Below are positions 48,269-57,663 of a stretch of DNA of 64,000 nucleotides, in pieces; the first letter of the stretch is position 1, and each line of letters opens with the position of its first letter. Both the position numbers and the translations under genes were made by a program. The notes below the pieces were generated by a model. The model was not told where the DNA came from, did not search any database, and saw only the letters and a list, made by a program, of their open reading frames with translations. Origin of the DNA: an uncultured delta proteobacterium (lineage in GTDB: Bacteria; Myxococcota_A; Polyangia; Fen-1088); the NCBI GenBank assembly GCA_963796685.1, contig CAWCMR010000025.1, forward strand, positions 96,001 to 160,000, in the 5' to 3' direction.

Positions 48269-48907
48269 ATGTCAATTCGCCGTTTCCATATACCGCTCTC
48301 GCTCGTGGTCGATCCGGACAATGGGAACGTCAGCGACAGCGACCTTGCGCGGGCGCTCATCGCCGGGGCTGCCTGGGCACACGCCGAAACGTGGAATCGT
48401 TTCGCGCCCATGGTGTTCGGCATGGCGGCCCGTGCCCTGGGTTCGGAATCCGAGGCGGAAGACGTGGTCCAGGAGGTCTTCTACCGCGTGCTCGCGAAAG
48501 CCAAGTCCCTGCGCAATCCCGAGAGCCTGCACAGCTTCATCGTCTCGTTCGCCATCCGCATCCTGAAATGGGAGCTGCGTCGGAAGCGAACGCGAAGTTG
48601 GCTGTCCTTCCGCCAGCCGGAGCTGCTGGCCGATATCGCGTGCGAGACGCTGGACGTCGAGTCGCGCGATCTCCTGCGGAGATTCTATGCGTTTCTGTCT
48701 CGCCAAGCGCCGCGCGAGAGGCTGGTCCTTTCGCTGCGTTACTTGGAATCGATGACGGTCGAGGAGATCGCCAAGGCCATGGAGCTCTCGGTGTCCACGG
48801 TGAAGAGGTCATTGGAATGCGCCAAGAGAAAGTTGTCGCATTGGATCGAGACCGATCTCGAGCTGGTCGGACTTCTCGATGGAAAGCGTGGATTCAATGA
48901 AGACTGA
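48269..48907 (+). CDS. ECF RNA polymerase sigma factor (cassette 1)
   Basis: EAEDVVQEVF region 2; LRYLESMTVEEIAKAMELSVSTVKRSL region 4. Confidence 0.92.
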   Translation: MSIRRFHIPLSLVVDPDNGNVSDSDLARALIAGAAWAHAETWNRFAPMVFGMAARALGSESEAEDVVQEVFYRVLAKAKSLRNPESLHSFIVSFAIRILKWELRRKRTRSWLSFRQPELLADIACETLDVESRDLLRRFYAFLSRQAPRERLVLSLRYLESMTVEEIAKAMELSVSTVKRSLECAKRKLSHWIETDLELVGLLDGKRGFNED

Positions 48908-50201
48908 TGGTGGTGAACGGACAGATCCTTCTGCGCTCGAGACCCTGACCGCGCTCGCCCGTCACAGCGTGCGTCCTGCCACGCCCGCGCAGCTCAGCCG
49001 GGGCTGGTCCGCGGTCTCGATTCGCCTTGCCGCCCGCAAGGCGCGATGGAAAGGCATGCTTCGTCTGACCTTGGTCGGAGCCACGGCCTCTGCCTTGGCC
49101 TTGGTCGCGCTCGGCATCGTCTCGTGGTCTCGCGCGCATTTGCAGCCCACGGTGCCTGCCCCGCTTGCCTACCAGATCCAGGGTGGCAGCGTCGTAGAAG
49201 GTGGGTACCTTCGGGAATCGGGCAAAGGGGCCGTCAAGCTCGTCTTCGCGGAAGGGACCGAGCTCGTGCTCATGCCGGGAGCGCGCGGGCGGCTACGCTC
49301 GGTCGAGAGCACGGGCGCCCGCATCGCCATCGAACATGGCACGGCGTCCTTCCAGGTCACGCCACGCAGCGATGCCAGGTGGCTGGTCGACGTCGGCCCC
49401 TTCCTGGTCACGGTCAAGGGAACGGTGTTCACGGTTTCCTGGGATGCGGTCAAGGAACGATTCGAGCTCAGGCTGCAGCACGGCCGCGTGTCGGTCACCG
49501 GTCCGATTGCCGGCGGCACGATTCCGCTGCGCGCCGGCCAACGACTGGTCATCAACCTGCCCAAGGAAGAAATCCTCATCACCGAGCAGAAGCCGGAAGA
49601 GGCCTGGCTGGGGATGCCGCCGGGCGGGCCGACCCCCGCGACCGACGTCGCCGCGGAGGATCGTCCGACCGCGGGCCCCGCGGACCAGGGATCCTCGGGG
49701 CCATCCCCATCCGTCGCGGGCAAGACGAATGGTCGGCGCACGTGGGCCGAGGCACTGGCATCGGGTGACTGGGACCGGATTCTCACCGACGTGGACCGCA
49801 TCGGCGTGCAGCGGACGCTGGCCGATGCGTCCAGCGAGGATCTCTTCGCCCTGGCCGATGCCGCCCGATATCGACGCCGCCGCGGCTTGGCGCGCGCGGC
49901 CCTGCTGGCGGAGCGAAAGCGCTTTCCGGAATCGGTCCGCGCCCTCGATGCCGCCTTCCTGCTCGGCCGTTTGGAGGAAGCGAATGAACGAGGCACGAAC
50001 AAGGCCATCGCCTGGTACGACGAGTATCTGGCCCGAGCGCCGAACGGGACGTACGCCTCGGAAGCCCTCGGACGAACGATGACCGCGACCAGCCAGCTGG
50101 AAGGCACCGCGCGGGCGCAGCCCGTCGCCGAGGACTATCTCCGCCGTTTTCCGGATGGTACCTACGCAGGGGCGGCACGAGCGCTGCTTACCGCCCCCTG
50201 A
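48897..50201 (+). CDS. FecR-domain anti-sigma factor with C-terminal TPR-like domain (cassette 1)
   Basis: One TM; FecR core FAEGTELVL...GTASFQV...VTVKGTVFTV...GRVSV; Pro-rich linker; TPR-like AAFLLGRL...YDEYLARAPNG...YLRRFPDG. Confidence 0.88.
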   Translation: MKTDGGERTDPSALETLTALARHSVRPATPAQLSRGWSAVSIRLAARKARWKGMLRLTLVGATASALALVALGIVSWSRAHLQPTVPAPLAYQIQGGSVVEGGYLRESGKGAVKLVFAEGTELVLMPGARGRLRSVESTGARIAIEHGTASFQVTPRSDARWLVDVGPFLVTVKGTVFTVSWDAVKERFELRLQHGRVSVTGPIAGGTIPLRAGQRLVINLPKEEILITEQKPEEAWLGMPPGGPTPATDVAAEDRPTAGPADQGSSGPSPSVAGKTNGRRTWAEALASGDWDRILTDVDRIGVQRTLADASSEDLFALADAARYRRRRGLARAALLAERKRFPESVRALDAAFLLGRLEEANERGTNKAIAWYDEYLARAPNGTYASEALGRTMTATSQLEGTARAQPVAEDYLRRFPDGTYAGAARALLTAP

Positions 50202-50211
50202 TCAGGTCCCC

Positions 50212-51249
50212 GTGGGTCGGTTCACCCTCACCTTGTCTCTTCTCGCGGCCATGCTGTGGGCGACATCCTCGCTCGCGGCAACGGTGGTTCTCGTGCGGCC
50301 CCCCCATCCCACGACGGGCATGACCGAGGCCCTGGTGCGCATCCACGGAGAGCTGGTGTCGGCGGGCTTCGGGGTGGAGAGCGCGGATGGACCGGCCGTG
50401 GAAAGCACGGATGGGGAATCCCGGAGCTGGCTGGAGCAGTTGGCGGCACGCCGTGGCGCCGACGCGGTCATTGCCGTGATGGGAGACAAGTCGCCCGATT
50501 CCGTCGAGGTATGGGTCGTCGATAAGGTGACCGGAAAGTCGGTCGTCCGCCATGTCCCCTTTCGCCCGCTGTCGGCAAAGGGGCCGGAGACCCTGGCCAT
50601 TCAAGCCGTCGAGCTTTTGCGCGCCAGCTTCCTCGAGATCGATCTCACTTCCAATGCCCGACCGAGCGAGGTCAAACCGGCTCCGCCGCCGACGGTGGTT
50701 CACTTCGTGGAGATGGAACAAAGGGCGAAACAGGCGGAGCGTTTTGGCGTCGAAGTGGGTGGGGCTGCGAGCATGAGCTTGGACGGGGTCGGTCCGGCGG
50801 TCATGCCCGTCGTGCGTTTCGCTTGGGCCGCGCGACCATGGTTCATCGCGCACGCGACCGTGGCTGGAATGGGCAGTCGACCCAGCGTCCGAACCTCGGC
50901 GGCGAGCGCCCAGGTCGATCAGGAATTCGCCCTGCTCGGTGCCAGCTACTGCTTCAGGGTCGACACGCGGTTGCGGCCCTTCGTCTCGCTTTCCGCCGGC
51001 GTGCTTCATACCGCGGTGGAGGGCCGCGCCGACTGGCCGTTGCAAGCACAGCATGCGGGACAATGGTCCTTCTTGCTCGACGGGGGAATCGGCGCGGAGG
51101 CGCCGCTGCGAGAGCGTTTCTACCTGTCGCTGGCCGCACGCGCGCAAGTCGCCGACCCCTATCCCGCCGTTCGTCTTGCGGGCGCCGTGGTCGCCACGGC
51201 TGAACGTCCAAGCATCCTTCTGACCCTCTCGCTCGGAGCCTGGCTATGA
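50212..51249 (+). CDS. Outer-membrane protein: periplasmic N-domain + small (~8-strand) beta-barrel (cassette 1)
   Basis: Signal peptide; ~130-aa alpha/beta domain (ADAV...VEVWVVDKVTGKSVVR...AVELLRAS); Pro linker; alternating strands (RPFVSLSAG, FLLDGGIG) ending LSLGAWL. Confidence 0.7.
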   Translation: MGRFTLTLSLLAAMLWATSSLAATVVLVRPPHPTTGMTEALVRIHGELVSAGFGVESADGPAVESTDGESRSWLEQLAARRGADAVIAVMGDKSPDSVEVWVVDKVTGKSVVRHVPFRPLSAKGPETLAIQAVELLRASFLEIDLTSNARPSEVKPAPPPTVVHFVEMEQRAKQAERFGVEVGGAASMSLDGVGPAVMPVVRFAWAARPWFIAHATVAGMGSRPSVRTSAASAQVDQEFALLGASYCFRVDTRLRPFVSLSAGVLHTAVEGRADWPLQAQHAGQWSFLLDGGIGAEAPLRERFYLSLAARAQVADPYPAVRLAGAVVATAERPSILLTLSLGAWL

Positions 51250-52181
51250 ACCTACATCGATACTGCTTCACCTTCCTCTGGCTGGCGATCGGCTGCACAC
51301 GCGGCACGCTGGATGCCGTGTTGCCTGGGCCCGCAACGGACGGCGGCGGCAATGCCGGCGGCAACGAGGCCGGCATCGGCAGCGTGACCTGCCCGTCGCC
51401 CGCGCTCAAAGCGGGCGACACCAACCAGACGGTCCAGGTGGGCGCCACGACCCGCAGCTATGTCTTGCACATTCCCGCGACGTACGACAACAGCAAGCCA
51501 GCTCCCCTGATCCTCGATTTCCATGCCCAGAATGGCTCGGGGCCGAGCGAGCTGTCGCTGTCGCCCTATCCCGCGCAAACCGATCCGGAGGGCGTCGTCA
51601 TGGCCTTTCCGACCGGCCTCAAAGGACCGGGGGGCGCCGCCTGGAACGTGGGACCGTGTTGCGTGGCCGGGGTCGACGATGTGGCGTTTGCCAGGGCGCT
51701 CGTGGCGCAGGTACAGGCCGCCGCCTGCATCGACCCCAAGCGCGTCTACGCCGTGGGCCTGGCCACGGGGGGGGGCATGGCCTACTACCTCGCGTGCCAC
51801 ACGGCCGATATGGTCGCGGCGGTGGCGCCGGCCGCGTTCGACTTGCTGGAAGAGAACGTCGGCGATTGCAAGCCATCGCGCCCCGTCACGGTGATCTCGT
51901 TTCGTGGCACCGCCGATACGTTGGTGCCCTACGTCGGCGGGTACTCCACGGTGGTGCCGGGCATGCCGGTCACCTTTCTCGGCGCGCAGGCGACCTTCCA
52001 GAAGTGGGCAGAGCTCGACCAGTGTACGGACTCGCCATCGCTGACGGACAGCAGCGGCTGCTCGACCTATTCCGCGTGCCAGGGCGGCGTCGAGGTGGTG
52101 CTGTGCACGAAGCAGGGCGGTGGACTGGAAGCCGGCAATCCCAGCGTCGCGTGGCCGGTGCTCAGGCGCCACACGCTGTGA
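51246..52181 (+). CDS. PHB-depolymerase/feruloyl-esterase-like alpha/beta-hydrolase lipoprotein lacking catalytic Ser and His
   Basis: ATGA overlap; lipobox AIGC; RSYVLHIP.YD...PLILDFH, WNVGPCC, DDVAF, IDPKRVY; nucleophile elbow GLATGG (normally GxSxGG) and GGGL (normally GGGH). Confidence 0.85.
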   Translation: MNLHRYCFTFLWLAIGCTRGTLDAVLPGPATDGGGNAGGNEAGIGSVTCPSPALKAGDTNQTVQVGATTRSYVLHIPATYDNSKPAPLILDFHAQNGSGPSELSLSPYPAQTDPEGVVMAFPTGLKGPGGAAWNVGPCCVAGVDDVAFARALVAQVQAAACIDPKRVYAVGLATGGGMAYYLACHTADMVAAVAPAAFDLLEENVGDCKPSRPVTVISFRGTADTLVPYVGGYSTVVPGMPVTFLGAQATFQKWAELDQCTDSPSLTDSSGCSTYSACQGGVEVVLCTKQGGGLEAGNPSVAWPVLRRHTL

Positions 52182-52354
52182 ACCGACAAACGCTCTTGCC
52201 GACGGTGTAGACACCGCCCCCCCGTCGCGTGTCGCTAGGATCTGCCTACTGGGGCCCTCCCCCCTAATCCCGCGACAAGCGCAGTGACGTCGCGGAAGGC
52301 AGCAGAAAGAGACGCCATTCCACGATAGAGGCTCGCACCCAATCGGAGCGGCGA

Positions 52355-52476
52355 GTGGTGGTCGTAGACGTCGTCGTGGATGTTCCCGTGGCCGTGGCCG
52401 TGGCCGACGAAGATCGCTCCGGCCACGGCCACGACCAGGACCACGACCACGACCTCCCGCGGCTATCGCGGGATTA
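52355..52476. repeat. REP-like palindromic element, copy 1
   Basis: Perfect 14-bp stem CGTGGCCGTGGCCG (52393-52406) / CGGCCACGGCCACG (52420-52433), tail GCGGCTATCGCGGGATTA. Confidence 0.7.
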
Positions 52477-53515
52477 CGGTCGCCGCGTCTGGCTTTCGTG
52501 CCACGTGGGACCGATCGCCCGACCATGGACCCGGGACGGCCGTGGTGGCGTCCCAGGGCAGAAAACCATCGACATTGAAGCCTCCCGGGCTCACGCCAAA
52601 GTGCTTCCGGAAGGCTTTGCGGAAGGCGTGCGTGGTACTGAAGCCACATTGGCGCGCCAGATCCTTGGCCGTGAATCCATCATCTCGGATCAGGTGCGCG
52701 GCGTGCTCCAGTCGAACGAGTCTGAGATATCGACCGGGAGAGATCCCCCAGATCTTCTCGAACAGACGGGTGAAGTGGAATCTGCTCATTTTCGCAACGC
52801 GCGCCAGGTCTGCGACACCCACAGGACGTGAATAGTTCCGCCGGCAAAACTCTTCGACCTCGAGGACGAAGGCGGGCACGGCCGGCAAGCGGCACTCGGA
52901 TAACTGCGCCGGCCGGCAACATTCGCCAAGCAACGCCATCAAGATTGCGTGGGCAGCCGATGAGCCCTGGGACGGCGACCCTATCCTCTGCTCCAGAGCA
53001 TCGGCGCACGCCCCGGCGACGCGCGCAAGTGTTGGCGAATTGGCGGCCAAGGTTACGACCGGGCCAACACTGTCCGCAACCTCGCGAATGCAACGAATCA
53101 CTTCACGACCGGCCAAGGTGACATAGAAGGATTCCCACCGTTCGCCGGCCTGGAGCCAATAGTGGTGTTCATAAGGATAGGATAGCAGGAGCGCCTGGCC
53201 CGGCCCGACGACGATTTGCCGATCGTAGTAGCGAAGCCGGGCGCGTCCGCTCAGGGTGTACCGGATGGCAGCCAACCCTCGGTTGCTGGGATTGCTCCCG
53301 TTTCCATTGTAGCTCGGGCCGCGCTGCAATTGGAAACCGGCGCTGTGGACTTGCGCCGGCATTGGACCCAGCAAGTCCGGAAACACCACCGATTCGCGAT
53401 GCCCCAACTCGAGCAGTCGGGCAATGCCGGGAACATCCTTCAGCGCCTTCCGGGTCACGTCGGCACGTCGCCGCGCCGGCGTCCCAGACCTGACCTCGTC
53501 GAAGCCCCGGACCAA
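52463..53515 (-). CDS. AraC-family transcriptional regulator
   Basis: Cupin-like N-domain (YTLSGRA, PGQALL, HHY, WES); HTH VADLARVAKMSRFHFTRLF...ARQCGFSTTHAFRKAFRKHFGVSPG. Start uncertain. Confidence 0.9.
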   Translation of the reverse strand: MVRGFDEVRSGTPARRRADVTRKALKDVPGIARLLELGHRESVVFPDLLGPMPAQVHSAGFQLQRGPSYNGNGSNPSNRGLAAIRYTLSGRARLRYYDRQIVVGPGQALLLSYPYEHHYWLQAGERWESFYVTLAGREVIRCIREVADSVGPVVTLAANSPTLARVAGACADALEQRIGSPSQGSSAAHAILMALLGECCRPAQLSECRLPAVPAFVLEVEEFCRRNYSRPVGVADLARVAKMSRFHFTRLFEKIWGISPGRYLRLVRLEHAAHLIRDDGFTAKDLARQCGFSTTHAFRKAFRKHFGVSPGGFNVDGFLPWDATTAVPGPWSGDRSHVARKPDAATVIPR

Positions 53516-53975
53516 TCGAGCGTCGTCACGGCTTGCCGACGAAGGTCGTCACGGATTGCGCGGCAAGGGAGCCGGAGAACCGTCCGCCAGACACCGAGAT
53601 GGCCGTCCCAGCAGCCAGGTCCGAGCTCGCGGACGTGGCATACGGGGTGACCGCGCCTGGCCAGGCCGAGCCCGCGACGAAGAACGACACATTTGCAGGT
53701 GCTCTTGGGCGAAGGCGTTTCATGGGTGATGACCTCTGGGTTCCAGAATGCGGAGACTGATGCAGTCACGCAGTGGCGCCTGCTACGCTTTTCCGTTAAG
53801 GAATCGGCCAGCCGATGGAGCGAAAAGAAGGCCCGACTCGGCCCGTGCGCACGGATCGCCTACCGCGTCAATTCGGGCGGACACCGCCGGCGCTGAGCTC
53901 GAATTCCATCACGTTCGCACGCGTCAACGTCGGGTCATCGAGGCGCCCTGCCAGCTTGGGACCCGGTAATCCACC

Positions 53976-54056
53976 AGACGTCCTCGCCGTCGTGGCCGAC
54001 GGCAATCACAACCGGTCACGGCCACGCCACGACCTTCTGCGGCTATCGCGGAATTA
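53976..54056. repeat. REP-like element, copy 2 (direct orientation to copy 1)
   Basis: CGTGGCCGACG...CCGGTCACGGCCACG.CCACGACC...GCGGCTATCGCGGAATTA. Confidence 0.7.
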
Positions 54057-54116
54057 GGGAGTCATGGCGACCCCTTGACCACCGGGATAGGCCAGCCGAT
54101 AGTCACACCTGTGGAG

Positions 54117-54914
54117 ATGGATGCACTTCGGCCCCACAAGACGCTCGCTGTCGCGGCAGTGCTTTGTCTTGCTGCGTGCAAACAGCCGCTGGTGGTCGGC
54201 GAATATAGGTGCCCTGCCAGCGCCCCGGAGGGAGGTAGTCCACCGAGCAAGAACGATCCGATCTCGATTCCTTGGGCAACGGGGTTCGAGGACCAATTCT
54301 GCGACTATCCGGATGTTACTGAGTCGGGATGGTGCTATGATTTTCCGCCGTCCTCGTACCAAATCGTCGCGTCCCCGGTCCATTCCGGGCAGTTTGCGGC
54401 AGCGTTCACCGTATTGACTGGCACTGACGGCGGATCTGGGCCGCAGGCGCGCTGTGCTCGGCAAGGCATATTCCCGGCCGAGGCGTACTATGGCGCCTGG
54501 TACTATATTCCGCAGCTTGCGACCAACAAGGACAACTGGAATCTGTTCCACTTCCAGGGCGGAAGTGTCGGTGGCTCGTCACAACACTTTCTTTGGGATG
54601 TGTCGCTGGTCAATGCCCCGACCGGTGAGCTGGACCTTCGCGTGTACGACGATTTGCAAAGCAAGAATGGCACCAGTGCCATTCCCATCCCGATTGGAAA
54701 GTGGTTTCACCTCGTGTTTTACTGGAAACGCGCAAAGGACACGACCGGTGAGGTGGCTCTGTACCAAGACGGAACCCAGGTCGTGGATTTCACCAATCTC
54801 ATCACCGATGATACCGACTGGGATCAATGGTATGTGGGCAACCTAGCCACCGCCTTGCAGCCTCCTCAGTCTACCGTGTACGTGGATGACGTCACCATTC
54901 GCGCGACCCCGTAA
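54117..54914 (+). CDS. Lipoprotein with polysaccharide-lyase/lectin-like jelly-roll domain
   Basis: Lipobox LAAC; ATGFE, PVHSG..A, AYYGAWYYIP, WNLFHF, IPIGKWFHL, GEVALYQDG, VYVDDVTI. Confidence 0.65.
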   Translation: MDALRPHKTLAVAAVLCLAACKQPLVVGEYRCPASAPEGGSPPSKNDPISIPWATGFEDQFCDYPDVTESGWCYDFPPSSYQIVASPVHSGQFAAAFTVLTGTDGGSGPQARCARQGIFPAEAYYGAWYYIPQLATNKDNWNLFHFQGGSVGGSSQHFLWDVSLVNAPTGELDLRVYDDLQSKNGTSAIPIPIGKWFHLVFYWKRAKDTTGEVALYQDGTQVVDFTNLITDDTDWDQWYVGNLATALQPPQSTVYVDDVTIRATP

Positions 54915-54957
54915 TCGAAGCCGATCGCGGATCTCGCGGTATGCCGGGGCCGCTCTG

Positions 54958-56100
54958 ATGATTGGCTGGATGCTGCTGGGGCTGCTCGCGACGGCGACCG
55001 CGCTGGCCGAGCCGCAGCCGGCAATCGACATTCGCTGGGACGCACCGCCAGGCTGCCCGCAGGAAAGCGACGTGCGCGACCGGCTGCGCAAGCTTCTGGG
55101 ATCCGGTCGCCATGACAGCCATCTGCGCGCCGAGGGCACCATCACACGAATGGACAGACGCTTTCGCCTCGATCTCGTCGTGCGAGTCCGCGACATCGTT
55201 GGAACCCGCAGCATCGAATCGACCTCGTGCGAGGATCTGGCCGGCGCTGCGGCAGTGGAGCTTGGATTGCTGATCCATTCGACCGAGGCGGCATCCGAGC
55301 CAAGCCATCCGGGCACGCAGCCACCCAGTCTGGCGTCCGCACCGGGATCGGAGCCATCGAGCTCGCGCTCCGAGGGAACTTCGAGCTCGCGCTCCGAGGG
55401 AACTTCGAGCTCGCGCTCCGAGGGAACTTCGAGCTCGCGCTCCGAGGGATCGGAAGCCTCTTCGGCCTCGGGAAGGAGCGAGGGGAGCGCCGCAACTCGA
55501 GCACCCGAGGGCGCGAAATCCGAAAGCAAGACAGAAGCCAAGAGCGAGGCAAAGGAGGAACCTCCTTCGGTGGGGACGCAGCGGACCTGGCATGTGCTGG
55601 TGCAGGCGCCGCTCTTGGCACTGGGTGTAGGCCCCCTCCCACAGTCGACCCGCGGCATCGGACTCGCCCTCGGCCTCGAGTACGCAAGCTGGCAACTCCA
55701 AATTCAGGGACTATCTTGGCAACGGAAAAGTGTTTCTGCTCCCGGTTTTCCTGGCTATGGGGCAGACGTCGATCGCGTCAGCGCTGCATTGTGGGGCTGC
55801 CGCGAGCTACGCGGTTCCTGGTTCGGGTTTTCGCCATGCCTCACTGTGGGGGCGCAGCGAGTGTCTGCGATCGGCACTGGACGGAATATTGCTCCAAGCA
55901 CGCAACACGCAATGGGAATGGCCGCGGGCGCCGGCCTCCAGGCTCGCCTCCATCTTGCAAGCTGGCTGAGTCTGCTCGCGGCCGTGGGTGGAGAAATCGA
56001 GCTATCCCGCCCCCAGATCTCCGTGAAAGGGATAGGATCGGTGTACCAGTTCGCACCGGCCGCGTTGACTGCCGCGCTCGGACTGGAGTGGGTCCTGTGA
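54958..56100 (+). CDS. Outer-membrane protein: periplasmic N-domain + Ser-rich linker + small beta-barrel (cassette 2)
   Basis: Signal; W.APPGCP...R.IE..SC..LA.AAA N-domain; barrel strands ending ALGLEWVL. Confidence 0.65.
   Translation: MIGWMLLGLLATATALAEPQPAIDIRWDAPPGCPQESDVRDRLRKLLGSGRHDSHLRAEGTITRMDRRFRLDLVVRVRDIVGTRSIESTSCEDLAGAAAVELGLLIHSTEAASEPSHPGTQPPSLASAPGSEPSSSRSEGTSSSRSEGTSSSRSEGTSSSRSEGSEASSASGRSEGSAATRAPEGAKSESKTEAKSEAKEEPPSVGTQRTWHVLVQAPLLALGVGPLPQSTRGIGLALGLEYASWQLQIQGLSWQRKSVSAPGFPGYGADVDRVSAALWGCRELRGSWFGFSPCLTVGAQRVSAIGTGRNIAPSTQHAMGMAAGAGLQARLHLASWLSLLAAVGGEIELSRPQISVKGIGSVYQFAPAALTAALGLEWVL
55357..55449 (+). repeat. 24-bp in-frame tandem repeat (SSSRSEGT), ~3.9 copies
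   Basis: TCGAGCTCGCGCTCCGAGGGAACT at 55357, 55381, 55405 and partial at 55429. Confidence 0.95.
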
Positions 56101-56140
56101 CGGAAAGCAGATCGGCATGCCACTGCATTTTGGGAAGAAG

Positions 56141-56765
56141 ATGATGATGGGAAGCAAATCGACCGCGCAGGTTTCTGCTGTCCCGTCCCATGCAGATCCT
56201 GCTCCAGACATTTCGGCCTTTCCCGTGCCTACCCTCCAAGCCATCTACAAGGAATATTTCGACTTTGTGTGGTCGTCGGCCAGACACCTCGGTGCCACGA
56301 GCGACGTCATCGACGACGTGGTTCAGGATGTGTTCATCGTGATCCATTTCAAGCTCGCGACGTTGCAAAGGCCGGAAGCCTTGCGCAGCTGGATCTATGG
56401 TATTGTGCGGCGTACGGTGAGCGACTACCGGCGGTCCAGACGGACCAGGGATGCCGCCGGAGCGAGGCTCGGCGCCGAGCTGCAAATCGGGCCGGCCATC
56501 CCAACCGTCGCCTCTCGACATGGCCGAGAGAAACGCCGAGCTGGAGCTGCTCGAGAGCGTCCTGGAAGAGCTCGACGAGTCGAGGCGGGAGGTCTTCGTC
56601 ATGGTGGAGGTCTTGGAAATGACGGTCCCGGAAGTCGTTCAATCACTTGAAATACCTTTGAATACAGCTTATTCACGGCTTCGACTGGCAAGGCAATCCT
56701 TCGAGGAAGCACTCGCCAAGCATGAGGCACGTGACAAGGAGAATAGGAAACCATGTCACCCTTGA
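56141..56765 (+). CDS. ECF sigma factor (cassette 2); frameshifted near 56482
   Basis: Region 2 (FVWSSARHLG...DDVVQDVF...SWIYGI) in one frame, region 4 (REVFVMVEVLEMTVPE...NTAYSRLRLAR) in the next. Confidence 0.8.
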
Positions 56766-57448
56766 GTCCCAAAGGACGCGATCTCGTCCGTGCCGGCCGG
56801 CGTGCTTTTCAACCCACGGATGGAGACCGCGAGAGACTCCTCAGCGCGCTACGCTCTCGACTGGGCGACGCCGCGCTTCCGCCCAACATGGGCTCGGCGG
56901 CGAACGTGGCCGCTGCGGCGAGCCGATCGATTTGGCCGCTCATCTCGGCGGTCGTGGTCGGCATCGGTATCGTCGGTGGATCCCTGTACCTTGCCCACCG
57001 CCCGGCCGCGCAAGCCAACCATCAGCAAGAGACAAGCTCCGCGCCGATCACCGAGCCGACACGGGAGACCGATCACATTGCAGCGCCATCCGCCGGGCAC
57101 CCAACAGGCGTCGCCGTCGCGCCGCCCGCGCCCGAGCTGCCCACGCCGTCCGTGTCCCACTCCCGCCATGCACAGGATCGGCTGGCCGCCGAGGTCGCGC
57201 TCCTCTCACGGGCGACCCGTGATTTGCGTGCCGGCCGCCCTGTGGAGGCTCTGAAATCCCTCGACGAGTATCGCCGCAAGTTTCCCAAAGGGCTGCTCGG
57301 CGAAGAGCAACGCGCAGCCAGAGCGCAGACGCTGTGTGCGCTAGGGCGGTTCGACGAGGCGAACGAGAAGATTGCCGGGCTTGCCCCGCAATCTCCGCTG
57401 GCGGTGCGAGCAAAGCAGTTCTGCGAGGCGCGCTTGGCGGCCCGATAG
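56753..57448 (+). CDS. Single-TM putative anti-sigma factor with C-terminal TPR-like domain (no FecR domain)
   Basis: Overlaps the sigma stop; TM LISAVVVGIGIVGGSLYL; LAAEVALL.RA...G.P..AL..LD.YRRKFPKG.L.EE...LCALGR. Confidence 0.75.
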   Translation: MSPLSPKGRDLVRAGRRAFQPTDGDRERLLSALRSRLGDAALPPNMGSAANVAAAASRSIWPLISAVVVGIGIVGGSLYLAHRPAAQANHQQETSSAPITEPTRETDHIAAPSAGHPTGVAVAPPAPELPTPSVSHSRHAQDRLAAEVALLSRATRDLRAGRPVEALKSLDEYRRKFPKGLLGEEQRAARAQTLCALGRFDEANEKIAGLAPQSPLAVRAKQFCEARLAAR

Positions 57449-57663
57449 GGATTCGTGACCTCGGTTCTGAAAGCGGCAGCGGTGGGCGCTGCTCCTAGCA
57501 CGTGCAAACCGACCGAGACGCACAGTGCTATTGGACGGCAAGAAATGCTCTTCTTGGACCAATTTTGAGAGATCAAGCGACTGCTAAGTATGCCTTGGGG
57601 CGAAGGCACCTGTCTTCCCTCCGCCAGAGCTGAAGACATTCGAAACAAGCAAGGAGTTTGACG

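Noticed and set aside
52235-52835. Short ORFs with HGHGHG or VAVAVA runs
   Set aside because: Translations of the palindromic DNA repeat rather than plausible proteins.
53516-53975. Small ORFs between araC and the repeat
   Set aside because: No recognisable motifs or convincing RBS.
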